From Hormiphora californensis (taxonomy: Eukaryota; Animalia; Ctenophora): DNA of 64,000 bases. A program made the translations under genes and the position numbers. Of this stretch, positions 46,238 to 64,000 are shown piece after piece. A model generated the notes under the pieces. It saw nothing but the letters and a program-made list of their open reading frames with translations, ran no database searches and was not told where the DNA came from. How positions within the stretch are numbered: position 1 is the stretch's first letter; each line of letters starts with the position of its first letter. Location of the stretch: contig CM035353.1 of the NCBI GenBank assembly GCA_020137815.1, positions 7,750,001 through 7,814,000 on the forward strand, read 5' to 3'.

Positions 46238-48849
46238 ATGATGGCTGGTGACCAACAGGAGAGTGAGACTCCCTCTGAGACCCCTACTGCTGTACAAGTG
46301 GTAAAGACAGCAGCTGTCGATGAAGTGGTAAAAGTAGACCCCGAACATGATTCATTGATCACCTACCCAACTTTTGAGAAACCATGGGATTTCAGTGACC
46401 TGATACTAAACCTGGATGATAGGAAGTTTCATGTTCACAAGGTTAGTCAACCAGGAAGGGAGGAGGGGCAGGGAAGAGGTAGGGGGCGTTATCAACTTCT
46501 TGCCAAAGTGAAAAGTCGAATAAATAACATGTAATAATGAATATCCCACAGGCGGTAGTGTCTATGTGGTCGCCTATTCTAAAGCACCAGATCCTCCAAC
46601 TAAAGTCGTCTGGTGAGCCAGAGGTTATCTTGGAACCCAGCGAGAAACTCAAACCTGAGGATTTTGTTGAAATGTTACAGGTACAATTCATCAAGCTGTT
46701 GTTATGTTCTACCCGTTCTAGCCCTCCTTTACATTTCACCGCGTGGGGCGCGGTGAAACAGGATCGAGCAAGGCAAGGAAGGCTGTTCAAGAGAGGGACC
46801 TGAGTTCTCCTTCCAAAAAATCTGCTCAAAACTCAAAATGACCTGTTTCAGACGATATACCCTCCTAACAAGCCAATCAACGAGGCGAACTGTGAGAAAC
46901 TGGTTACAATAGCTAATGCATTCAATATGTTCGAGCTGCTGAGACGATGTGAAAAGTATCTGATAAATGAGATGACCCCATCACTGGTAATAATGTCTAA
47001 ATATACTCATGTTTAGCCTGTCTAATTCTGAACTGCGGCTTGTCAAGTTTACTAATAACTTCTAGATCCACTTTGTTTATCGTGACACCCTGTACTATTG
47101 TATATATATGTTTGAGGGACAACTAACATCATGTACTACTGTATAGATAGGGGAAGATTTGAGGGACAACTAACACCCTCTACTAACTAACACCCTCTAC
47201 TTCAGAAACTGCTGGTGTTTGCACAAGAAGAGCACCTCTCTAAACTGTTACAAAAGTGCACCAAGTACTGTAGCAGGATGAATCTAGAGGAACTAAAGAA
47301 ATCCTCATTCTATACTGATATCTCTCCAGCCAACCTGTGTAACCTTCTAGAAGTCAGGTAAGATGATAGGTGTTACATATTGTGTCGCTATGGTGGTCTA
47401 GAAGTCAGGTAAGATGATATAATGTGTTACATATTTTGTGTCGTTATGTTGGTCTAGAAGTTAGGTAAGATGTTCCAACCCCCTCCGTAAGATAATACAT
47501 GTTACATATATTGTGTCGTTGTTGGTTATTTGGAGGGATGTTGTCCACACACCTGTTTCAAAGGGAGCTACTGAGTGGAGGGCCGGGGGGCAGCTGTGTT
47601 ACATGTCATGTTCACACAATAATAGGACCAGTAAGTGGGGTACTATTATAACTGTTAGAAATGTTTTATGTCATGCTGCTAAAACCAATACAAAAACAGA
47701 TCTACCACTAACAGTATTATAGTTGTACATGACATGTATCAGTACAGCAGCTGGGTAGGACAACATTACTATGTACAAATTAGTGTCGAGCGTGTGTCTG
47801 TGTGTGTCTGTTGTGTGGTAATTATGTGATGAGATAGTCGCGACAACTGGGCAACAGTCCAACTTTTGTGATTGATTTTGAAATAAAAAAATACTTCTTT
47901 GCACTTTGTTAGCTGTATAATTTAACACCCCCCCCTCCTTTATACAGATGTTTAAAGATGGAGCAGAAGTTGAAGAAGAGTGAGATCAGAAGTTGGGAGT
48001 TGTCCTGTACACTACGTGCTATTCACGAGAGTTGGGGTAGGAAAGAAGGGGCATGTGTTCAACACAGAAATAACGGTTAGTTAGTACATTGTAACTCTCT
48101 CTGTCTATATCTGTCTGTCTATATATATCTCTCTCTCTCAATCTCTCTTTAACCCCCTCTCTCTCTAACCCCCTCTCTCTAACCCCCCTCTCTCTAACAC
48201 CCTCTAACCCCCTCTAACCCCCCTCTCTCAAACCCCTTCTCTCTAACCCCCCCTCTCTCTCTAACCCCCTCTCTCTAACCCCCCTCTCTCTAACACCCTC
48301 TAACCCCCTCTAACCCCCTCTCTCAACCCCTTCTCTCTAACCCCCTCTCTCTCTCTAACCCCCCTCTCTCTAGCCCCCTCTAACCCCCTTCTCTCTAACC
48401 CCCTCTCTCTAACACCCTCTCTCTAACACCCTCTCTCTAACCCCATCTCTCTAACACCCCCTCTCTCTAACCCCCTCTCTCTAACCCCCTCTCTTTAACC
48501 CCCTCTCTCTAAATCTCTCTCTCTAACCCCCTCTCTCTCTCTAACCCCCTCTCTCTAACCCCCTCTCTCTCTCTAACCCCCTCTCTAACCCCCTCTATCT
48601 CTAACCCCCTCTCTCTATCTAACCCCCTCTCTCTAACCCCATCTCTCTAACACCCTCTCTCTAACCCCCCTCTCTCTAACCCCCCTTCTCTCTCTCTCTC
48701 TCTCCCTCTCTCTAACCCCCCTCTAACCCCTTATAACCCTACCAGGAATGCACCAGGAGAACTGCAATGAGTGTCTACACGCCATACGGAGACAGATAGG
48801 GAAACTGTGTGAACTTGCCCTCAACAACCCATCAGACCACTCAGACTGA
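46238..48849 (+). CDS. BTB/POZ-domain protein, 6 exons
   Basis: FEKPWDFSDLILNLDDRKFHVHK|AVVSMWSPILK; EDFVEMLQ|TIYPPNKPINEANCEKLVTIANAFNMFELLRRCEKYL; last exon ends PSDHSD* at 48849. Confidence 0.85.
48130..48745 (+). repeat. ~600-bp degenerate (CTCTCTAACCCC)n array filling the last BTB intron up to its acceptor
   Basis: Read directly. Confidence 0.9.
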
Positions 48850-49193
48850 ACATGATATAGTGACTAGAGAGATAGACATTGGCAATTAATGAAGGAAGAT
48901 GTATACAGCCCTATAAATTATTATTTGACAAAGGATATATTGACCAACCCCCGTGAGGCCCCCTTTAGATATCTTTAAATATCAGTTTCCCATGGCGACA
49001 GAAGAATTCCAAATATGTATTTACAAACTGTGGGGATATATATTTCACGAAGGAGCACTAATCCCTAGGCGGACGATGATTATATATAAATTATTTGATG
49101 TGTATATTGTCAGTTGTAGCGCTTTATATCAGACTACACGAAATATATTTTATTTAACTTTAGACCAAGTCCTCTGCTGCACCGTGAATTAGG

Positions 49194-49381
49194 TACCTTA
49201 TTACCTCTATTTAACGGAACCTCTAATTAACGAAATCGGTAAAAATTTCGTTAATTTTAGGTATCGTTAATTTTGTGCTTTTTGTTAAAATTTGCTTGCC
49301 CAAACTGATTTTCGTTAATTAAAGGTACGTTAATTAAAGGTACGCTAATAGAAGGTTCCGTTATATAGAGGTAATAAGGTA
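49194..49381. mobile_element. MITE
   Basis: TACCTTATTACCTCTATTTAACGGAACCT...AGGTTCCGTTATATAGAGGTAATAAGGTA, with internal CGTTAATT repeats. Confidence 0.7.
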
Positions 49382-50252
49382 ACTGGTGTTTTCGATTGAT
49401 ATTCTTTTTACCAGTGACCACTCATAGCCCCTAGCAAACACACTCTTTTATTGTATCAATTGATCTTATTTAAAATAAAACACCGTTTATACATTCTATA
49501 CAGGAATTGTACTCCACACCCTGTGTATTAGGGAAGGAGAATAGTGTGGTATGTAGGGCGCGGCGACATTATTGTGTAGCGTGATCTAATGGGGAGCGCG
49601 CGCACGTACACTCCCCCAAGTAAATATTACATCCTGTATCAGGAACCACAACACACTGTCAGACTGTCAGAGCATTGGCCTGACCCATTCTCGTTGAACT
49701 GTGGTCAGAGCATTGGCCTGACAGCTGTCACAGCATTGCATTGAGAGCAAGGCGTATATTTCGTAACGTCACGCTGTCTAAGAACACGAAAAGAAGAGGT
49801 AAACTTTAGGGTCGACTAGCACGCCTTGTTCATTGTTAAGTGGGTGGTTTAGCGAATCAAAACATCGTTATTTTCAAATAACTGACAATGAAAAGCAATT
49901 CAAGTGCAGTAAAACTAACAATACTAACTGCAGATACTCTGCAGCATACAGAGTGTTCAATTGGCCCTCTCTCAAAGTCTCACAAATACTACACAAACAC
50001 GTCGACACCCTGCAGTATAATACTACTTTCCAATCGAGGGAAAAATCCTCCGAAAAAGATTAAAAGAATCGGTACTTAGCAAATATACCCGTACTTTTAG
50101 TAAGTTGCTCGGTAATGGTCGACTAGTTCCTGCAATCCAGCGTTATCCAGCTTGCTGGGCTTTCAAAGGGGCCCTATATAAAAGTGTCTGGCCGTATTTT
50201 CTACAAAAATAAGTGCAATTTAAATTAACAGTTAACAAATCGTCCCATCTCT

Positions 50253-57671
<7,419 letters not shown>

Positions 57672-58589
57672 AACATTTCTAGCTGAACAAAGAAATGGAG
57701 GGATTATCAAGTTGATAGCACGTAATGCCTAATGAGCTTGAAATTATCTAGGAACATTAAATAGAACCCAAAGACCAAAGCCAATCAGAGCGCTTAGTTT
57801 AGTTCAAAATGACGTCTGGGATGGAAGCAAGGAAATGTTTAACTTTACTAATACTACTTCGGGCATTCTGATAAAGATCTGGGTACGTCTAACTCCTAAC
57901 TGTGCAAACATTTAAACTGAATGGAGGCCCCGAATGCGTTGAGGCAAAACATTATTTTGCACGTACGATACCATGCGAGTATCTCATACTAAAACTTTTA
58001 CGAAAGGTCTTCGGGTCTCCATAGACTTCCTGAGTTATAGTGGTATGGAAATCCTAGATCTGTTAAGATATGTAACATGTCACCACCTTCTCGCACACGG
58101 GATTTTTCACATGTTAACGTGTGGTGCACACACACGAGTTTGGTACGACAACTTTTTTGGACCAATTTTTGTTGGCTTGGTATCTTCGTCATGTAGGCTA
58201 CACAGGTGCCAGTTCCTCACAGAGCCTTCAGCCTCCCCTCCCTGGAAACTATCCGTATCCAGTCCAAGATTGAATTGTTGTTTTGTTTTGGGTATCCGAG
58301 TACCGTTGGTCGATCCGGAAATCTCGTCATCCATTTCCCCAGAAGTACCTTGAAAGAAGGTAGATCTTCCGCTAAGTTCACTTCTCCACTAAGTTCACTT
58401 CTCACTCTCACTTCTCACTCTCTTTCATACTGATTATTGCTGTCCCTTAGAATTAAAAGCTTTCATTCGGTATTTGCGTTGTACAAGCTTTCTAGTGCCG
58501 AACTTGACAGACCCCGTAGTCAGCAGTCAGCGAGTTGGAGATTTTTAATGCTTTTAAACTTTAAAGAGTCAAGCGGTCAATTTTTTAAA

Positions 58590-58700
58590 TCTTAAAAATT
58601 TCACTCGAACGCGAAATAAATTTTTCAGTGCGCGCGCGTCTCAAGATAAGAACAGCGCGCAAATATTTTAACGCCGCGCGGGTTTTTACCAAAAAAAGTT
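58590..58700. promoter_or_regulatory. CG-rich putative bidirectional promoter between Kelch (-) and PRELI (+)
   Basis: GCGCGCGCG/CGCCGCGCG cluster between the divergent genes. Confidence 0.45.
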
Positions 58701-58763
58701 TTCAAAAATTTCCAAAAGTTTTCAAAAGTTTTCAAAAACGGTCTTAAAAGTTAAAATCCGAAG

Positions 58764-59057
58764 AGGGATCCCTAAAAAAGTTCAGTATTTACACAGCGTT
58801 TACACAGTCTTTACACAGTCGTTACACCCAGAGCGGCGCGTGCTGCGCACAGCGGCTTTTTCCAAGAAAATATTGGATTGTGTGCTGCACAATTGAGAGA
58901 ATTGAGCGCCGCGGCGAAAAAAGTTTCCATAAACGCTGCAAATCGAGTGCAAAAGACGCAGTCGTTACACCCAGAGCGGCGCGGGCGCTCTGGGTGTAAC
59001 GACTGTGTAAAGACTGTGTAAACTCTGTGTAAATACTGAACTTTTTTAGGGATCCCT
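58764..59057. mobile_element. MITE with ~95-bp inverted arms
   Basis: AGGGATCCCTAAAAAAGTTCAGTATTTACACAG...CTGTGTAAATACTGAACTTTTTTAGGGATCCCT. Confidence 0.8.
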
Positions 59058-59634
59058 AGTACAAAATACAAATGTCACATCTGAAATGTGTTTATGTTGG
59101 TTACAAGCCTTAGCGTTTAGTGTACTCCGTAAGTTAAAACAGACTTGATACTTTAAGAGTGTCATTCATTTCCGTGTTCGTTACTCAGGCCTCAGCTGTG
59201 GCCTGAGTCCTGACTCCTGTGTGTTTGTGGCCAGTGGCTCTGCTAGTCGCGACTCGCGAGACTACAAGACTACACGACTACAAGACAAGACTAGCACAGC
59301 CAGCTAGTGCTAGTAGCAACTAGCAGACTGCTACGGGTTGCCCGCGACCAAACCCCAAATATCTTGTAAAATCACCAGCTTTTAGTATCCGCCACCAGGC
59401 TAACTAGAAAATGGTTCGTTGTTCGTTGTTAACCTTTTTTGTAAGCCTTATTAAAATCGGCGTGGGGATGGCTTTATCACCAACGACTACCGTAATTTCG
59501 CTAAGCTTGTCATGCTCTACTTGATTGATGATACTGCTCAGTGCTCTCACTTAGAAATCTTGACTAATGTATGATATTTGTTTAGGTAAGACCTTACAAC
59601 TTCCAGTACATTGTACTGTGGCATTTGTCCAGAA

Positions 59635-60559
59635 ATGAAGTTTTGGCACTCTTCTCACACATTTGAGGTAAAATGAACCTTATTATCCACTTCCAACACT
59701 TCCAACACTTTCAATTTGAATATATGAAAAGTAAATGACAATATTTCAGCACCCCTGGGAAATGGTTTCACAGGCGTTCTGGCGGAAATACCCCAATGAG
59801 TACCAGTCCCACGTGTACGGTACTGATGTTATTGAGCGGTATGTAGATGAGAAGGGACGACTGCACAGTAAGAGGATTATCATCAGTGACTGGAAGGTGC
59901 CGAGTTTCATGAAGATATTCTACACGGATCCACGAGGTTATGCAGTAGAGCACAGTATTGTGGATCCTGTTGAGAAGACCCTGACTCTAAAATCAGAGAA
60001 TATCAATGCTGCTTCAATCTTCAGCTTCCAAGAGGACATTGTTTATAAAGGTAGGTATCTCCAACAATCTCTGTACTTTGTTAGATTTTATTTATGTGTA
60101 ATAATCCATCCTCCACTGCAGGTCTAGGAGCCAAGACGTCACTACAACACGAAGCTAAGATCAGGTTCAGTGCTTCTCGACTAGTTGATGATGCTGCGGA
60201 GAACTGGCTATTTGGTCGTGTGTCTAATGCAGCGTGCGATGGTCTCAGGGTAGGTTGTGGTGGGTTTGTTACATGTGGTGACCTTGTGTGGTGGGTTTGA
60301 TAGTTTGTATATTTAACTTTGTAATTCATACCATGAACTGTTTCTCCCCCAGGCAATGGACTCTATAATTGACAAGGTGGAGGCTGAGATGCAGCTCACA
60401 CTACAATCGGTTGGGAGGTCACTAGATGAGAGTATTACTGACGCTAAACGATCCATCGATGAGAGTCTAGCAGACGCAGAAGCATTCATCGATTCCAGTA
60501 TCTCAGACGCTAAATCAACCTTAGATCGCTGTCGAACTGTCGAACCTACAAGGGGGTGA
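59635..60559 (+). CDS. PRELI/MSF1 (PRELID/Ups-like) mitochondrial lipid-transfer protein, 4 exons
   Basis: MKFWHSSHTFE|HPWEMVSQAFWRKYPNEYQSHVYGTDVIERYVDEKGRLHSKR...EHSIVDPVEKTLTLKSEN. Confidence 0.92.
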
Positions 60560-60925
60560 CTGTAATTAAATCATTAAGAGAAGGGGTCAAATGAATCATA
60601 TATCAATCTAATTAGTGTACCCATTAGATGGAACCCTTTCACGCACAATAATCACCGTGACCTATATTAGTGTAGTGCAGAAACAATTTTACATTTGGAA
60701 AGTGAGATCTATTAATTTATTGTACGTGTCCTATCAGTGAGTTTCTACGTTTGCTAATATTCCTGTGTTTTACTCTAACTCGTACCTTATTGACGAAGGT
60801 AACTGTCATGCCTTGGAAAATAACCAAATAAAGATTCCCCACCCCATCCATAATCTACCTGACTCATCCCCCTGAATCTATAACTCCCTCCCTGGCCCTC
60901 ATGATATATCCCTATCTACAGCAGT

Positions 60926-62065
60926 ATGGTTCAGTTATCGTTGGAGAGGGACATCCGACGGGCTATTGAGCTCATGGAGAAACTGGAACAATGTAAGTCT
61001 TAGCTAGTAGTAGTTTCTAACCAAGTCAACTCACGGTAAGAGAGGGTTGAGTAATCTCAAGTCTTAGAGAACACATACATATCCATGTCAAGACCTAGGT
61101 CCTAGACCTGTCTGTAGAGTTTTGTAAATTAGAAAATGTATATATCAGTTGCCTAGCTAGACCCTGTTTTGCAATATATCAGAGCATTCCTTTCCCACCA
61201 TTATAGTATTCTGTAATGAATCATTACTAATGATGGCTTTACGTAATCCCACTATTCAATATAGACAGTTAGATGTTAGTTAGATTAGCACACAGTTCTA
61301 TATTATAGAACTGTGTGCTAATCTAACTAACATCTAACTGTGTGCTAATCTAACTGTGTGCTAATCTAACTCCTCATTTCAGCTGGTCAGATTCCCGCTG
61401 CCAAGTTAGAACCAATGAAGAATGTACTGAAGAGTGACTTCTGCAGAGCCGTCAGAGAGGTAATGTGACGTCACTCATCACTCAGAATCAGATCACTTGA
61501 AAAGGTCCAGTGCGTTACACACACACATGGTAGTAGAGAATGAGATGGAGAGAGAGATAGAATGGAGAGAGAGATAGAATGGAGATCAATGTTGTGTAGA
61601 AAGTGAGAGCTGATCCAAAGATAGACATCGTATTATAGAGACATTTAGGAAGACAGAGAAACAAACTTTCCAACATATTCTTCTATAGTTCATTTCCTTG
61701 TTCGCTGGCAGTGAATACACACCCGATAATGGTCAATACATGACGTCATATGCCCATATATGGACCTCCCTCCCTCTGCAGGTGTACGAACAGGTTCACG
61801 AGACAGTTGACACGAAGCACCCTCCTGAGATTAGAGCTGAGGCAGCAGCTAAAGCTACAGTTGCTGCATTTGCTGCTAGTGAGGGTCATGCCCATCCCAG
61901 GGTTATCGAGCTACCTAAGGTAAGTGTGGAACACTATATTGTCACTGGAACACTGTGTTTGTAATGTATTGTGTGTGGGCGTGGTATCCAGATACTGCCT
62001 ATGTTTACGATAATTGTTCCTCTTTTCCATCCCTTTATCTCTTTATTTCCATATTCTCTCTTTAA

Positions 62066-62144
<79 letters not shown>

Positions 62145-64000
62145 AGAACGTTGGAAGGAACTCCTAAACCACTATCTGATCCACTCTCGGTAAACGACTT
62201 GTACACACTTGTTTACACTCTAGTACTATTTATAGTCGCACTAGATGTGCAAACTGTTCCGAGAGAGTGAACGAATGTGCTGTGTGTGTGAACGAACTGT
62301 GTATCCACTGTATCCTGAATAGTAGTTAACTGCACACACCCACACAGTACAGTGTGTGTGTTAGAGATATGATGCAATGTACACATGACATGTACACACA
62401 GTAGTTATTGTTGTACATCATTTAATCACTTCCGCCTTCCCACACTACACTAATTTAATACACAGTCAATACCTATAATGGACTATTATAAAAATGGATG
62501 GTCAGAAGTGAAATGAATGTGTTATTATGTATACTGTGTAGTGTGTACACTATACAAATTATACAAAATGTACATTGTATCAGTCCATTGCGGGTGTGAT
62601 GTTAGCTATGTATTACACAGTGTGTATGTGAGATAAATAGTGGGCACACTGCCAACAATGTGATAACTGTGTGTGCCAGCCTTAACATTCTAGAATTCTT
62701 CATTTATCACGTACCACCTTTAAACTACCTCTCTAGAATGCATATATATCCAACTCCCTCCTCACATGACTAAGTATTTAACTAATTAGCCTCTACTCGA
62801 TTTAAAAGGACTTTTAAATCTCTCTACATTTCTCAAATCTCTCACTTTCTCCTCTCATTCAGACAGCGGAAGGGCTAGGGTTCAATGTGATGGGAGGAAA
62901 GGAGCAAGCATCGCCAATCTACATTTCCAGAATAATCCCTGGTGGAGCGGCCGCTAAGTAAGTCATTTGGGGGACCCCTCCTTTACACTGTTATCATGTG
63001 TTGTAACACTGTTATCTTTACAGGGATGGTAGTCTGAGAAGGGGTGACCAGCTGTTATCATGTGTTGTAACACTGTTATCTTTACAGGGATGGTAGTCTG
63101 AGAAGGGGTGACCAGCTGTTATCATTTGTTGTAACACTGTTATCTTTACAGGGATGGTAGTCTGAGAAGGGGTGACCAGCTGTTATCATGTGTTGTAACA
63201 GTTAACACTGTTATCTTTACAGGGATGGTAGTCTGAGAAGGGGTGACCAGCTGTTATCATTTGTTGTAACACTGTTATCTTTACAGGGATGGTAGTCTGA
63301 GAAGGGGTGACCAGCTGTTATCATTTGTTGTAACACTGTTATCTTTACAGGGATGGTAGTCTGAGAAGGGGTGACCAGCTGTTATCATGTGTTGTAACAG
63401 TTAACACTGTTATCTTTACAGGGATGGTAGTCTGAGAAGGGGTGACCAGCTGTTATCATTTGTTGTAACACTGTTATCTTTACAGGGATGGTAGTCTGAG
63501 AAGGGGTGACCAGCTGTTATCATGTGTTGTAACACTGTTATCTTTACAGGGATGGTAGTCTGAGAAGGGGTGACCAGCTGTTATCATGTGTTGTAACACT
63601 GTTATCTTTACAGGGATGGTAGTCTGAGAAGGGGTGACCAGCTGTTATCATGTGTTGTAACACTGTTATCTTTACAGGGATGGTAGTCTGAGAAGGGGTG
63701 ACCAGCTGTTATCATGTGTTGTAACACTGTTATCTTTACAGGGATGGTAGTCTGAGAAGGGGTGACCAGCTGTTATCATGTGTTGTAACACTGTTATCTT
63801 TACAGGGATGGTAGTCTGAGAAGGGGTGACCAGCTGTTATCATGTGTTGTAACACTGTTATCTTTACAGGGATGGTAGTCTGAGAAGGGGTGACCAGCTG
63901 TTATCATGTGTTGTAACACTGTTATCTTTACAGGGATGGTAGTCTGAGAAGGGGTGACCATCTGTTATCACATGTGTTGTAACACTGTTATCTTTACAGG
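60926..64000 (+). CDS. LIN7: Lin-7 homolog (L27 + PDZ), 3'-truncated by the window end
   Basis: [17 protein letters not shown]; [12 protein letters not shown]|[33 protein letters not shown]|[32 protein letters not shown]|[12 protein letters not shown]. Confidence 0.97.
62988..64000 (+). repeat. 64-bp (two 71-bp variants) minisatellite, >=16 copies of the LIN7 acceptor and exon start
   Basis: Unit TGTGTTGTAACACTGTTATCTTTACAG|GGATGGTAGTCTGAGAAGGGGTGACCAGCTGTTATCA; AGs end at 63023, 63087, 63151, 63222 ... 63999. Confidence 0.95.

Noticed and set aside
48130-48745. Interstitial telomere
   Set aside because: It contains TAACCC, but units are irregular CT-rich 10-14-mers, not (CCCTAA)n.

Overview
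Gene-dense eukaryotic (animal) DNA with short GT-AG introns, many (CT)n/(CA)n tracts and many non-autonomous transposons. The style (nested intronic genes, an acceptor-like AG just before most start codons) suggests a ctenophore-like invertebrate; that assignment is inference only. Genes reconstructed by hand: mitochondrial thiolase ACAT1 (+) with an antisense GPCR nested in intron 7; a short dystrophin/dystrobrevin-family gene (+); a CECR2-like DDT/bromodomain gene (+) with an antisense 5-exon calmodulin-like gene inside an intron; a tight same-strand cluster TMBIM(intronless)-PDZD8(intronless)-VPS41(intronless, 2 indels)-TMBIM(spliced)-BTB; a Kelch-like gene (-); a PRELI/MSF1 gene (+); and LIN7 (+, runs off the window). 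Two patterns stand out. (1) Tandem duplications centre on splice junctions in at least seven genes, making arrays of 2 to about 45 decoy donor or acceptor sites, the two largest bounded by exon-intron microhomology. (2) The clusters look like operons: CG-rich promoters only at the head, gaps of 200-600 nt, and putative trans-splice acceptors. One cluster contains a contiguous 7-kb intron-free block.
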